Sequence record: SRR2962707_2394
Direction: 5' to 3' (one strand)
Length of the DNA stretch: 56,547 nt
A program made the translations under genes and the position numbers. Below are positions 1 through 11,089 of this stretch, in pieces (positions within the stretch are counted from its first letter, which is position 1; each line of letters begins with the position of its first letter). The notes under the pieces were generated by a model. That model saw nothing but the letters and a program-made list of their open reading frames with translations, was not told the DNA's origin and did not search any database.

Positions 1-1
1 G

Positions 2-502
2 GGAGAACTCGCAGAAAAGGCGGGAGTCTCGATCGGGTCGCTCTATCAATATTTCCCCGACAAGGCGTCGATCATTCATGCATTGGCAGAACGCTACAAT
101 GAAGAATCACAGCACTGCATCGACGAGGCATTGGCTGATGTGACAATGCAAAGTGATCTGATTGCCGCTTTTGATCAGTTGATCGATACCTATTACGACC
201 TGTTTCTGGCCGAGCCGGTAATTTGCGACATCTGGACGGGAACGCAGGCGGATAAGACCTTGCGCGACATGGAACTTGAAGTCAGCCGTGCAAATGCCCA
301 ATCGCTGACACGCACAATTCTTCGGCTACGCCAAAACGATGGGGATACCGCGACCATTGTCGCCCGTTGTCTTTTGATCATGTATACGGGCGAGGCCACC
401 ATGCGTCTTGCGATCTCCGTACCTGCATCTGAGGGGCGCGAAATCATCAGCAGCTATAAACGCATGGTGGGACGCGAACTGTCCGAAATGCTGCAGGCCT
501 AA
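2..502 (+). CDS. TetR family regulator (5' truncated by window edge)
   Basis: Frame from base 2 reads GELAEKAGVSIGSLYQYFPDK (TetR HTH) and continues into ORF 83..502. Confidence 0.9.
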   Translation, partial: GELAEKAGVSIGSLYQYFPDKASIIHALAERYNEESQHCIDEALADVTMQSDLIAAFDQLIDTYYDLFLAEPVICDIWTGTQADKTLRDMELEVSRANAQSLTRTILRLRQNDGDTATIVARCLLIMYTGEATMRLAISVPASEGREIISSYKRMVGRELSEMLQA

Positions 503-631
503 CCCAATGCGACACTTGGGTAACCTGCCTTTTCTGCTTTGGGGAATTAAGCCCTGATGCCTTATATTGGTCGCTGATGGGCTTGGCCGGACGGTTTGGT
601 CGTGCCCAATTTGTGTTGTTCAGAGGACGAA

Positions 632-1426
632 ATGCACTACAACCTGCGACACTATCGGGCCGAAGCGGAAAGTCATCGTCATAGCGATTTTCACCAGATC
701 ATTATTTCAGATGTCGGTAAGCTCGAACTTGAAGTGGAGGGCCGTGCAGGCGAAGTCTGTGGCCGACGCATGGCATTTGTCGAAGCAGGGCGGTCACATG
801 CATTCCGCGCCGAAGGATTGAACCGGTTCCTTGTTTTTGATGTGAATATTGATCTGGCCCACAAAACCGGGATTGAGGCACTTTGGCAAAGTCGCGGCAG
901 TGCATCAGCATATCTTGAACTTCAAAATGGCGCTCAGGGCTGTTTGCTCGGCTTGCTGGACGGGTTCGGCATGCCCTTGACCAATGCAATCGATGATACG
1001 GGTTTGGTGGATCAGATACGTTTCATTCTTGACCATAGTCGGCAGGCCGTTGGCACGCAGAAGGACACAGGGTCTGAAATTCCCACCCGTCTGATCCGGG
1101 TGATGGACTGGGCGGAAACCAGACTGACCGAGGCCATTACGATAGCGGACATGGCCCGTATCGCAGCCCAGTCGGAAAGCAGCCTTTTTGCTGCATTCCA
1201 GCGGTATACCGGCACTAGCCCCATGCGCTGGCTTACAGCCAAGAGATTGCAGATGGCCTGGTTTCTTTTACAAGATTCCCAAATGCAGCTTTCAATTGGC
1301 GATCTTGCCAATGCAGTAGGCTTTTCTGATCAAAGTGCTTTTTCGCGTGCCTTTTCCCGGCAGTTTGGGCGCACGCCTGTTGCCGTTCGGCGAGAAGCAC
1401 GTAAATTACCGGGCGCTGAACTCTAA
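632..1426 (+). CDS. AraC family regulator
   Basis: Cupin N-terminus (HRHSDFHQ), C-terminal AraC HTH (AVGFSDQSAFSRAFSRQFG); GAGG RBS before ATG 632. Confidence 0.9.
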   Translation: MHYNLRHYRAEAESHRHSDFHQIIISDVGKLELEVEGRAGEVCGRRMAFVEAGRSHAFRAEGLNRFLVFDVNIDLAHKTGIEALWQSRGSASAYLELQNGAQGCLLGLLDGFGMPLTNAIDDTGLVDQIRFILDHSRQAVGTQKDTGSEIPTRLIRVMDWAETRLTEAITIADMARIAAQSESSLFAAFQRYTGTSPMRWLTAKRLQMAWFLLQDSQMQLSIGDLANAVGFSDQSAFSRAFSRQFGRTPVAVRREARKLPGAEL

Positions 1427-1547
1427 CCAACATCTAACCTGGGTTCTGAATTAAGAGGCTGTCTGAAGCCTATTTTCGGAGTTTGGGCAAAGACCGTCTC
1501 GACCGTCTCCTGCATTGTTGCACTTTGCAATAAAGGGCATATGCGAG

Positions 1548-2444
1548 ATGACGGACATCAGGGGCGAGAACCAAAAACGAAGTGCAACAGTCATCGGCGC
1601 AATTGCGGTGGTTCTTTGGTCTCTTTTGGCACTGTTGACCACAGAAGTTTCGACCATCCCACCTTTTCAGTTGGTAAGTCTTTGCTTTTCCATTGCCAGC
1701 ATTTTTAGCTGCATCTGGATCCTCGCGCGTGGCGGAAGCCTTCTAAACGCTCTGCGCCAACCCTTGGGGGCATGGGTGCTGGGTGTGTTCGGGTTGTTTG
1801 GCTACCACTTTTTTTATTTTGCGGCGCTTGCTAATGCACCTGCTGTTGAAGCGAGTTTGATCGCGTATTTGTGGCCACTTCTCATCGTTCTTTTTTCCGC
1901 CCTTTTGCCGGGAGAACGATTGCGATGGCACCATGTTCTGGGCGGAATAGTTGGCCTTTGCGGTGCTATGCTGCTTGTCAGTAAAGGGCATAGTCTGTCG
2001 TTTGATCCGGCATTTTCTTTGGGATATGGAGCCGCGGTTATTTGTTCGGTTTTGTGGTCAGGGTATTCGGTTTTGAACCGACGATATCGCCATGTCCCGG
2101 TTAATGCGGTTTGCGGGTTTTGTGCCGGTGTGGCCATTCTTGGTTTCATGACACATTGGATGACAGAAATCTGGGTATCGCCAGACATTGTCCAGTGGCT
2201 CGCAATCCTCGGGCTTGGATTGGGGCCAGTTGGTGCCGCGTTCTTTGTCTGGGATTTTGGCACCAAGCATGGTGACATTCAGATACTGGGAGTGGCAGCC
2301 TATGGGGCACCGTTGCTGAGCACCTGTCTCTTGATCGGGTTTGGCAAAGCACTGGCGACGCCTGCGGTGATTGCTGGCTGTGTACTGATTGTTGCCGGTG
2401 CTGTTCTGGCATCCAGAGAACTTTTGTTCAGAAGGCCCTCATAA
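1548..2444 (+). CDS. EamA/DMT family transporter (YddG-like)
   Basis: About 10 hydrophobic segments; EASLIAYLWPLL motif. Confidence 0.88.
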   Translation: MTDIRGENQKRSATVIGAIAVVLWSLLALLTTEVSTIPPFQLVSLCFSIASIFSCIWILARGGSLLNALRQPLGAWVLGVFGLFGYHFFYFAALANAPAVEASLIAYLWPLLIVLFSALLPGERLRWHHVLGGIVGLCGAMLLVSKGHSLSFDPAFSLGYGAAVICSVLWSGYSVLNRRYRHVPVNAVCGFCAGVAILGFMTHWMTEIWVSPDIVQWLAILGLGLGPVGAAFFVWDFGTKHGDIQILGVAAYGAPLLSTCLLIGFGKALATPAVIAGCVLIVAGAVLASRELLFRRPS

Positions 2445-2684
2445 TTTGGCACTGAAATCATGATGATCATTCGATGAACGTTGTTCAGCAGGAGAGAAAT
2501 TATGGTGTTCTGAGCTTGCAATCGACAGTGGAATGATCTGCTAAGGATGCACCTTGGTCACAATTTCGTGATTTTGTCGCTGAAGTGAGATATTTGTGCT
2601 GTGCGATAGGTTTTAAGTGACTTATAGTCGTTTAGTTTCTGGGGAGGGGCGTGAGTTTAAAAATACGCATCTAGGGACGGATGA

Positions 2685-4460
2685 ATGACGCAGTCAAAAC
2701 CTGACATTGCACGGGATTTGAAACAGGCAATGTCGGCCGCCGAATTTGAAGCGGCGGCCAGAATTGGTGCCCGGATTCTCAAAATACACCCAAAACGAAC
2801 CGACATTCAGATTATGACTGCGGTCAGTGAGTTACAGGGAAAAATCCCTGGGAATGCTGGTCAGCGCCTTCGGAAGTTGTTTCGCAATATTGCATTAGAC
2901 GACCCGCTGTTCGGCGCGGTTTCTCAGAACTTATTACAATATTGCTATATTACTAATGACTTTAATTCAGTCGAATTGGCAATAGAGCAACGCCTTCGTG
3001 CTGCGCCACGGAATGATCTGCTTTCTTACATGCTTGGAAACCTTATTTTCCAACGCGAGGTGGCCAAAAGTCCGGGACGCTGCGTTGCACCTAAACTGTC
3101 CCGTGCGCTCGAAGCTCTTAGTGTTATTCCTGAACATAGTCCCCAGTTTATTGATACCCAAAAACTGATGGCGCGGATTCATTTGCATCAAGAGCAATAT
3201 GACTTGGCGTTTGAATTACTTGAAAAACTTGTCGCACGTCATCCGCAAAATATCGACATGCGGATGTTTTTGGCATCCAGCTATGCCGCTGCAGCAGAAG
3301 TCGAAAAAGCCGTTTCTATCAGTTTATCAATTATTGCTGATCAGCCCGATTATAGTGCGCAGCCTTACATGATTGTTTCTTTCCTGCGTCCGCAAGCAAT
3401 GCCAGAAACAGCGGCAGATTTCCTTGATGCCATTCTTGAGAAAACCGGCATAACGCTTAAGGATGCTTACAATGCTGCATTCGCGCGCGCCAAAATCGAA
3501 GAAGCCCAAGGAAACATGAAAGAGGCATTCAATTATTATCAAAAGGGGCATGCGGCCAACCGCAAGGCACGTCCGATTGATATGGCACAAGAGATAGATG
3601 AATTGGCGGGTTTGGCGTCAATGGCCAGAGATGCAGACGCGACCCGTGATCAAGTTCCTGCTGTCGATATTTCCGGAAATGTCAGCGGACCAAAGCCAAT
3701 CTTTATCGTTGGTATGCCGCGGTCGGGCACGACTTTGAGCGAACGTATTCTGGGCGCGCATCCTGATGTGTATGCTGCGGGCGAAATCGGTGATTTTGCC
3801 AAGGCCGTTACGGACGTTGTCGGGGCGGGTAAAATATCGGACCAATTGGTCCGCATGGATGCAAAAGCAGCACGGGCAATCAGAAAACAATATCTTGATG
3901 CGTTGAAAGATTATGCGCCGGACAAGCGGTTCGTCACCAATAAGACACCAGCGAATTTTGTCCGTGTGGAAATGATCAGGCGGGTGTTTCCCGATGCCCC
4001 GATCTTACATACCCATCGCCATCCGTTGGCGACCTGCTTGTCGATATATACAACCCCGTTTGCCATTCCGATGCGGTTTTCCGATGACCTTGGTGAGCTT
4101 GCCGATTACTACCAAGCCTATGTTCAGTTGATGGATGCGTTTTTTGAAACGGATCAAAACGGCATGCTTTATGATCTGTCTTATGAAGATCTGGTGGCCG
4201 ACCCGGAAGCCGTCGCAAAAGATTATCTTGCCCATTGTGGCTTGGATTGGCACCCGGAATGTCTTGAGTTTTACCGTGCTGACAAGGCTGCCGCGACGGC
4301 AAGCATGATCCAGGTTCGGCGCCCGATTTTCAAAGATTCTCTTGGGAAATGGCAACGGTTCGAACCCTATATCGGGCCATTGGCCAAGCTTGCCGAGGAC
4401 AGTGAAAACACCAAAGTAAAATCGGCACAGAAATCATCACGAAAAGCGGTTGCTGCGTGA
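2685..4460 (+). CDS. TPR-repeat sulfotransferase family protein
   Basis: TPR-like helices, then PIFIVGMPRSGTTL PAPS-binding motif and YEDLVADPE. Confidence 0.9.
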   Translation: MTQSKPDIARDLKQAMSAAEFEAAARIGARILKIHPKRTDIQIMTAVSELQGKIPGNAGQRLRKLFRNIALDDPLFGAVSQNLLQYCYITNDFNSVELAIEQRLRAAPRNDLLSYMLGNLIFQREVAKSPGRCVAPKLSRALEALSVIPEHSPQFIDTQKLMARIHLHQEQYDLAFELLEKLVARHPQNIDMRMFLASSYAAAAEVEKAVSISLSIIADQPDYSAQPYMIVSFLRPQAMPETAADFLDAILEKTGITLKDAYNAAFARAKIEEAQGNMKEAFNYYQKGHAANRKARPIDMAQEIDELAGLASMARDADATRDQVPAVDISGNVSGPKPIFIVGMPRSGTTLSERILGAHPDVYAAGEIGDFAKAVTDVVGAGKISDQLVRMDAKAARAIRKQYLDALKDYAPDKRFVTNKTPANFVRVEMIRRVFPDAPILHTHRHPLATCLSIYTTPFAIPMRFSDDLGELADYYQAYVQLMDAFFETDQNGMLYDLSYEDLVADPEAVAKDYLAHCGLDWHPECLEFYRADKAAATASMIQVRRPIFKDSLGKWQRFEPYIGPLAKLAEDSENTKVKSAQKSSRKAVAA

Positions 4461-4529
4461 CCTTATGGGGGCTTCGGGTTAGAAGGTATTTCTATATACA
4501 AAAAGATACCCAAAGAACCGGAGCCCCCA

Positions 4530-5504
4530 ATGACCCAGACCCTTCCCAAGGCAGAGCTGCATTTGCATCTTGAAGGTGCGATGACACCCGGATTGGTTCG
4601 TGCTTTTGCCAAACGCAATGGTCTGACATTGCCAGATGACATTTATGATGATCAGGACCGGTATATCTGGGGCGATTTTCCCGAGTTTCTCAAAAGTTTT
4701 GATAAGGCCAGTGCCGCGATCCGGACCAAACAGGATTATTCTGACCTAACCCATTTCTATCTGACTGAACAGGCCAAAGTTGGCACATTATATGTCGAAC
4801 TGTTTTGTTCACCGACCCATGCGCTCGATTGCGGTCTGTCCTATGAAGATCACCTTGAAGCCGTGGTCGATGGGATTGACCGCGCACACAAAGAAACGGG
4901 TATCATTGGTCGGATCATCATGACCTGTGTTCGTCATGTTGGCGGTGATGTTGCCGTGAAGGTGGCCGAGGAAACGGCTGCCTGTGCGCATCCCTATATC
5001 GTTGGTTTCGGAATGGGCGGGAATGAAAGCATGTTCTCGCAGGAAACCTTCTACCCGGCATTTAAAATTGCCGCAGATGCCGGACTGGGATGCACCACCC
5101 ATGCGGGCGAAGTGCAGGGTCCGCAAAGCGTATGGGACGCGATTGATAAACTGCCTGTGACCCGTATCGGCCACGGGGTGCGTTCCATCGAAGACCCGAA
5201 ATTGGTCGAAACATTGGCAAAGCGCGGAATCGTCTTGGAAGTGTGTCCGGGCTCAAACATCGCCTTGTCTGTCTATCCTGATTATGCATCGCATCCGTTG
5301 CGCAAATTTTATGACTCAGGGGTAAAGGTCACGCTCGGTTCAGACGATCCGCCGTTCTTCTTTACCAGCCTTGCCGATGAATATCAGCGTGCGCAGGATG
5401 TGTTTGGCTTTAGCGATGCTGAATTAATTGATGTGACCCGCACTGCGATTAATGCGGCCTTTGTTGATGATGCGACCAAGGCTGACTTGCTTGCCAAGCT
5501 CTAA
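4530..5504 (+). CDS. add: Adenosine/adenine deaminase
   Basis: PKAELHLHLEG, HAGE, RIGHG, CPGSN and SDDP motifs. Confidence 0.93.
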   Translation: MTQTLPKAELHLHLEGAMTPGLVRAFAKRNGLTLPDDIYDDQDRYIWGDFPEFLKSFDKASAAIRTKQDYSDLTHFYLTEQAKVGTLYVELFCSPTHALDCGLSYEDHLEAVVDGIDRAHKETGIIGRIIMTCVRHVGGDVAVKVAEETAACAHPYIVGFGMGGNESMFSQETFYPAFKIAADAGLGCTTHAGEVQGPQSVWDAIDKLPVTRIGHGVRSIEDPKLVETLAKRGIVLEVCPGSNIALSVYPDYASHPLRKFYDSGVKVTLGSDDPPFFFTSLADEYQRAQDVFGFSDAELIDVTRTAINAAFVDDATKADLLAKL

Positions 5505-5527
5505 TCCCGATAGTCCTTGTACCAATG

Positions 5528-5557
5528 AAAAAGCGCCCTTTGATCGGGCGCTTTTTT
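5528..5557. terminator. Bidirectional intrinsic terminator
   Basis: AAAAAGCGCCC-tttgatc-GGGCGCTTTTTT between convergent genes. Confidence 0.85.
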
Positions 5558-5578
5558 GTATCTTAAGGCAGCTATGGC

Positions 5579-6541
5579 TTACCAAGCAGTTTTACCCAGC
5601 AACTTTTCACCAAGCGGGGTGAGTTCAGCACGCTTATATCGGGTTTGTTCCCAATTGCGTGGATCACCGGGGAAAGCATGGCCGCGTGCGGGCAGGCGTT
5701 CGGACCAGCTTTTAACCCGCCAATCAACAAGTTCCTGTTCTTCGGGCGTTGCCGGCGCCATCGAGATATATTGCGCAATGCGCGACTGATCTGATCGGTT
5801 TGCGCGAATGCCATGGGCCAGCAGGCTGTTGAAAATCACAAGGTCGCCTGCCTTCATCGCAATACGTTTGGGCGCGTAGGGGGCGTTTTCAATATCCGGG
5901 CGGAACGGATCGCGATCGATGGGGGCGGTTTTGCGCCATTCTGCGAAATTGGCAAATAAATCCGGCACACATTGAAATCCGCCCATGTCATCGGTGGTAT
6001 CAACAAGCGACAACACACCTTGCACATTGATCGGCAAAGGATCCTTGGTGGTATCAGCATCCCAGTGAATAAATCCATCAAAGGCCCGTTTGCCCGTGTT
6101 CGGGGTATTTAGGTTCGCACGGTCAATAGACACCCAAAGGTCCGTTCGATCCCAGATATCAACAAACGCATCATAAACCCGTTGCGTCTGTCGGTTATCC
6201 CAAAGCGTTTGATGGTTATAAATCTCGACCATGCCGGAATTGTTCAATTCCTTCATCGCATGATCGCGCATTTGCGGGCGGTTCCAGCTTTCCGGGTCGT
6301 TTGGGTCCATCTCGGTGAATTCCCAAAGAAGATCAACCGTCGCGCGGACTTGTTCGACCGGGACAGCATTTGACACAACGACATAGCCATAGTTCTGCCA
6401 ATGGGCAAAATCGTCTTCTGACAAAACACGAAGCGGCAAAGTTTTTTTCAGATCGCGAAGCTGTTCTCCTTGAAATTCCTTGACCGACGCATTGCCGGGA
6501 CGGTCGGCATTGGACATTGGCGCTGTTGCTAACATTGACAT
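5579..6541 (-). CDS. Phytanoyl-CoA dioxygenase (PhyH) family Fe/2OG oxygenase
   Basis: HWD and distal AHG triad, KAGDLVIFNS; GGAG RBS before ATG 6541. Confidence 0.88.
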   Translation of the reverse strand: MSMLATAPMSNADRPGNASVKEFQGEQLRDLKKTLPLRVLSEDDFAHWQNYGYVVVSNAVPVEQVRATVDLLWEFTEMDPNDPESWNRPQMRDHAMKELNNSGMVEIYNHQTLWDNRQTQRVYDAFVDIWDRTDLWVSIDRANLNTPNTGKRAFDGFIHWDADTTKDPLPINVQGVLSLVDTTDDMGGFQCVPDLFANFAEWRKTAPIDRDPFRPDIENAPYAPKRIAMKAGDLVIFNSLLAHGIRANRSDQSRIAQYISMAPATPEEQELVDWRVKSWSERLPARGHAFPGDPRNWEQTRYKRAELTPLGEKLLGKTAW

Positions 6542-6690
6542 GCTGTTTCTCCCGGATGGTTGGTCTTTTTTGGCTGGATGAATTCTAAACAGCAGGGCAG
6601 TGTGATGCCCACTGACAGGACGGACAAAGAATGATACTATTTGGCCAAAATAGATAAAAATTTGTACCGTACAGGCATGGTTGATCTCTG

Positions 6691-7626
6691 ATGAAGCTGT
6701 TGTTTGAACATGTCCGAATTGCCGAAGACCGATCATGGAAGGGGCTTTATCGCAATCTCCAGGCGATCCCGTTTGAATGGCATTTTCACCCTGAATATGA
6801 ACTGACCCTGACACTTGGAAGCCATGGGCAGCGCTATGTTGGTGACCATATTGGCAGCTACGGGGATGATGACCTTGTGTTGCTGGGGCCAAATTTGCCC
6901 CACACGTGGCATTCTTCGAATGCCACGCCACCATCGGCCAGTCATGGTGGATTGCGTGCGCACGAAGCGGCCCTTCAGGTAAAAGGGCGGCGCAAAGGAC
7001 ATCAGGCCTTTGTTTTCTGGTTTACAGCAGACTGGATCACCGCAGTCTGCAAAACCATGCCGGAACTTGCAGGCCTTGATAAAGCACTTCGCCTCGCACG
7101 TCGCGGGGTACAGTTCGACCCGCAAACAGGGCGCAAGGTTGCGGCCTTTGCTCCGCAATTTGATCAAGGCGACCCGGCAGATCAGCTTTTACTTCTGATC
7201 GAAGTTTTGCGTACCTTGCTGGATGCACGGCAGCTTACACCCTTGGCATCTGATCGCTTTGATGCGGCCCTTCCGGATCATGATGATGCCAGCCGGTTGG
7301 GCAAGGTGCTTGATCTGCTGCATGGCAATTATCTGGAACCGGTCAGCAGTGCCGTGATCGCACAAAATGCAGGTATGAGCGAACGCACATTACGCCGGTT
7401 TTTTCAGCGCCATATGGGATCAAACATTCAGGATTATGTGATGGGCTTGCGATTGGGGCGGGCGGCCAGTTTGTTACTATCATCTGACATGCCAATCTAT
7501 CGTGTGGCAGAAGAAGCTGGTTTTCAAAACCTGTCGCACTTTAACCGTCAATTCCGACGCCACCGTGGTATTGCGCCAAGCATTTTCCGCAAAAGGCGTT
7601 TCGAAGCTATGCCAGACGTGGCCTAA
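6691..7626 (+). CDS. AraC family regulator, divergent from the dioxygenase
   Basis: WHFHPEYEL cupin; GFQNLSHFNRQF HTH. Confidence 0.92.
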   Translation: MKLLFEHVRIAEDRSWKGLYRNLQAIPFEWHFHPEYELTLTLGSHGQRYVGDHIGSYGDDDLVLLGPNLPHTWHSSNATPPSASHGGLRAHEAALQVKGRRKGHQAFVFWFTADWITAVCKTMPELAGLDKALRLARRGVQFDPQTGRKVAAFAPQFDQGDPADQLLLLIEVLRTLLDARQLTPLASDRFDAALPDHDDASRLGKVLDLLHGNYLEPVSSAVIAQNAGMSERTLRRFFQRHMGSNIQDYVMGLRLGRAASLLLSSDMPIYRVAEEAGFQNLSHFNRQFRRHRGIAPSIFRKRRFEAMPDVA

Positions 7627-7662
7627 GGTCTGACGTTTGGAGATGTTGTAGAAAATTCATCA

Positions 7663-8571
7663 TCAGGTGTGATGAAGGGCCATATGTGCATCAAACAGGG
7701 CCCAGAATTGGGCGCGAAGCATATCTTGTTCCTGTAAGATCTCATGGCGAGCTTCGGGAATTTCGGTGATCGAGATGTTGGGAAGTCCACCAAACATTTC
7801 TTCGGTTACCTGGTTTGAAACTACCTGATCATTACCGGCAAGAACCATCGTAATCGGGGGTAAGGTATCGGCAAGGCTTGTCAGTTTATCCGCGGTTGAT
7901 GCCTGTGCTTGAAAACAGGCATCAAGCCATCCGGCCGACGTGCCCCCTATGACCAAAGATGGATCATTGCCGAGATAAGTACGATTGCGTTCATATCGGA
8001 TGGGGTCGGAGGTCAACAGGTTTTCGGGGTCAAAATCCTTAAGCGGACTATGGGAACTTTGCCCCGGCAGATACTGCTTATCAAATCCATAGCGGCACAG
8101 ACTGCTTGATAGAAACTGCGCGGCAACGGATAACCAGTCAGGCCCACCCAACCCGAAAAACGGCGCTATCAGTAAGGCACTTTTCCAAAGATCAGCTTGA
8201 CCCAGCATCATGCCCATTGCGACCAGACCACCGGTTGAATGGGTAAGAGTCAAGTCGGAGACTATGCCGTGTTTGTGTTCGATGTGATCCATGACGTGTC
8301 GGGCATCGGTGGCGTAATGGGCGAGATCGCGGACATAGCCCATATTGTGGTCAGGTGCTTCGCGCGATGATCCACCTTGGCCACGAAAATCAAACGTCAC
8401 ACAGCCCCAACCACGCGCACCAAGATCGGACGCCGTTTCCTCATATCGTTCGATAAATTCACCGCGCCCTTGCAAGACAAGGACATAGCCGCGCGGGGCG
8501 TCATATGTGCTGATGCCATAACGCAGAGAAATGCCGTCAGGTGCGGTAAAACGATCAATAGAAAATATCAT
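7663..8571 (-). CDS. Alpha/beta hydrolase, lysophospholipase L2-like
   Basis: GRGEFIERY, DFRGQGGS, HSTGG nucleophile elbow, ARHEIL. Confidence 0.88.
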   Translation of the reverse strand: MIFSIDRFTAPDGISLRYGISTYDAPRGYVLVLQGRGEFIERYEETASDLGARGWGCVTFDFRGQGGSSREAPDHNMGYVRDLAHYATDARHVMDHIEHKHGIVSDLTLTHSTGGLVAMGMMLGQADLWKSALLIAPFFGLGGPDWLSVAAQFLSSSLCRYGFDKQYLPGQSSHSPLKDFDPENLLTSDPIRYERNRTYLGNDPSLVIGGTSAGWLDACFQAQASTADKLTSLADTLPPITMVLAGNDQVVSNQVTEEMFGGLPNISITEIPEARHEILQEQDMLRAQFWALFDAHMALHHT

Positions 8572-8598
8572 GGGTGTAACTGTTATCGGGACCGAACG

Positions 8599-9906
8599 TT
8601 ATTTTGCAGGCGTGTCCGCAGCCTTGCCAAGTGATGCGACAATAAAGGCTGACATCTTTTCAATCATGGCCGGGAAATCAGGATTAAAGGTACCGCGTCG
8701 CAACGTTCCCGGTGTCGCCGATGCAATCAGATTGCGTTCGCCGTAAACGACATTCTCGCCAGATTCACAGGCTTCATGCTGCTGTTCGTCATCATAATGA
8801 CCGCAATCATGAATGGCGCCGCTCAGGCCATAAACCGTGTTGTCGGGATGCATGGTAATGGCGGTATGGGCATGGTTGATCGTGCGCATTTCGTCATTGG
8901 CCGAGCTGACAATATCGATATCGTCACATTTGGGATGATCATCAAGCGCATTGTTTTCGCCCTGGTACCAAATCAGGTGCTTGATCGGTGCATCAACCTT
9001 TTTGCAAAAGAAATCAACAGCTGCAAGTGGATCGACGGTTTGGTCATCAGAGCTGATTACGAGGAAGACTGGAATATCAAAATTCTTGATCGATCCATCG
9101 CGATAAGGTTCGGTCAGAAGATGAAACTCGGCGGCCGCGTTCATGGCCATTGATCCATATTTTCCCGGATCATTGTTTTTGCTTTGGTCTACCCATTTTT
9201 TTACGTACCGGACATAAGGGGTAAGCCACGCTTGGTCGCTTTTTGCGGCCAACCCCGGCGATAACATGATCATGCCATTGATGCGTTTATCTTGTTTTCG
9301 GGCATCGAAATCCCGCCCAATCAGCGTTGCTCCCGTGGAATAACCGATGGGGATAATGTGTTCGATGTCAGCACCAAACGCATCAACGCCATAACGTACC
9401 GTGTCCAACCAGTCTTCTAAACGCACGTCGATCAAATCACCCGGAACCGTGCCATGGCCGGGCAACAAGACACCGTGAAACGTTGCACAGGGAAAACGAT
9501 TGCGCAGATGGTCGCGAACGTCACTTAACCAGAACGGACTATCGGTAAGGCCATGGATCATAAGAAACCCGACCTTTTCACCATGTGCAAGATCACCGCC
9601 TGCTGCATCACAGGATATCTTGTCTGGTGTCATAGCGAAGGGGGCACGCATATCAACGACTTGATCAATATTGTACGCGCCAAAGGGCTTTTCCTCTTGT
9701 GAGAACCGCTTTGATGACAAGACGTCGCGCAGTTGACGGCGGGTGGATGTCACGTAATCGGAGAACGCCATATCGCCAGAAGGCGCTTTGATGGCATGGC
9801 CAGACGGGCTGTATTGCGGGTCTTCCTTTGAGCAACCTGTAATCGCCAATGCGGCACCAACGATAACGTAAATTAGGCTGGACCGTATCGTTCTTTGATT
9901 GCTCAT
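8599..9906 (-). CDS. Alpha/beta hydrolase lipoprotein
   Basis: Lipobox ITGC; HGLTDSP; GYSTG. Confidence 0.8.
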   Translation of the reverse strand: MSNQRTIRSSLIYVIVGAALAITGCSKEDPQYSPSGHAIKAPSGDMAFSDYVTSTRRQLRDVLSSKRFSQEEKPFGAYNIDQVVDMRAPFAMTPDKISCDAAGGDLAHGEKVGFLMIHGLTDSPFWLSDVRDHLRNRFPCATFHGVLLPGHGTVPGDLIDVRLEDWLDTVRYGVDAFGADIEHIIPIGYSTGATLIGRDFDARKQDKRINGMIMLSPGLAAKSDQAWLTPYVRYVKKWVDQSKNNDPGKYGSMAMNAAAEFHLLTEPYRDGSIKNFDIPVFLVISSDDQTVDPLAAVDFFCKKVDAPIKHLIWYQGENNALDDHPKCDDIDIVSSANDEMRTINHAHTAITMHPDNTVYGLSGAIHDCGHYDDEQQHEACESGENVVYGERNLIASATPGTLRRGTFNPDFPAMIEKMSAFIVASLGKAADTPAK

Positions 9907-10006
9907 CTGGAATGGCTCCGTTTCATTACGTTTGTTGTGCGTTTTATAACATGTTTCGTTTGCTGGGTTTCGATGTTAGCGCGTGCACTCGATTGGTGCG
10001 AGAAAC

Positions 10007-10037
10007 AAAAAAAGTGGTCTGAATTCAGACCACTTTT
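10007..10037 (-). terminator. Intrinsic terminator after the OsmC-family gene
   Basis: AAAAGTGGTCTG-aatt-CAGACCACTTTT with an A-run on + strand. Confidence 0.75.
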
Positions 10038-10065
10038 GCAGAGTCACAATTAACAAGCATTAAGC

Positions 10066-10470
10066 CTATTCAATGATTTCCCAGCTATGGGTTACTTCTG
10101 CTGCCTTTGAAAGCATGATCGAGGCTGAGCAATATTTTTCAGCCGAAAGTTCAACCGCACGGCCAAGCTTGGCCTCATTGAGGTTTTCACCTTTTACTTT
10201 GAAATGCAGGTGAATTTTGGTGAAGACCTTGGGGTCGGTTTCCGCACGTTCGGCTTTGACGTCAGTTTCAACATCAAGAACGTTTTCACGACCTTTTTTC
10301 AGAATGTGGACAACGTCAATGGAAGAACATCCTGCAAGACCAAGAAGCAGCATTTCCATTGGGCTGGGGCCAAAGCCATTGTCTTTGTTGCCATCCATGA
10401 CAACACCGTGTCCCGTGCCGCTGGTCCCTGTGAAAGTAAGGTTCTCAAGCCACTTTACGCGTGCTTCCAT
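10066..10470 (-). CDS. OsmC/YhfA family protein
   Basis: PSPMEMLLLGLAGC and SAEKYCSAS. Confidence 0.92.
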   Translation of the reverse strand: MEARVKWLENLTFTGTSGTGHGVVMDGNKDNGFGPSPMEMLLLGLAGCSSIDVVHILKKGRENVLDVETDVKAERAETDPKVFTKIHLHFKVKGENLNEAKLGRAVELSAEKYCSASIMLSKAAEVTHSWEIIE

Positions 10471-10681
10471 GATTGAATTCCTGTGTTTTAAAAACGGATG
10501 TCCCATCCTCTAGCGCGGTTACGGCGTGCCTGCAAGTTGTGATCATGGATGCGTAAGGGCAGGGCTTTAGAAGACAGACCAGATTGATGTAATCTTAAGT
10601 ATAAACTGTTATAACTGTTTTTAACTTCAAGCATGATACTATCATAAGAATTCAGACCCTTATGACGCAGGAGCATTGGTC

Positions 10682-11023
10682 ATGACACAGGATCCCACCC
10701 GCAGCAAAAGCCGTTTTATGATGGGCATGGAGCATGTTCTTCGTGAAATCAATCACGAGATCATCAGTCCGGCAATCCCCGATATGTCGGTGGAAAATGC
10801 GGTGCCATTGATGATTACAGTGGCAAGGCTGCGTGCTGATTACCTGAAATATGCCTTTAAGCTTACAGCGGATCGTTCGGATCAACATCCGACAGAGGAC
10901 GAGCTGGCCAAGTTAAAACACCTGCGCGAATGCTATCAGGAATTGTTGGCCGCTGCCCGGGAACTCGAACATTGTATCGACCGTGGCTATATCGATCTCC
11001 CGATTCCACCGGCAAAATCCTGA
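10682..11023 (+). CDS. Hypothetical protein
   Basis: ORF with GGAG RBS; helical. Confidence 0.7.
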   Translation: MTQDPTRSKSRFMMGMEHVLREINHEIISPAIPDMSVENAVPLMITVARLRADYLKYAFKLTADRSDQHPTEDELAKLKHLRECYQELLAAARELEHCIDRGYIDLPIPPAKS

Positions 11024-11089
11024 TTTTTGTAAGTTGTTGTTTCCATGGCGATATGGCGATGTGAGGCAACAAAAAATTGACCCATAAAT

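Noticed and set aside
6542-6934. N-terminal extension of the PhyH ORF
   Set aside because: Overlaps the divergent AraC gene; a good RBS supports the start at 6541.
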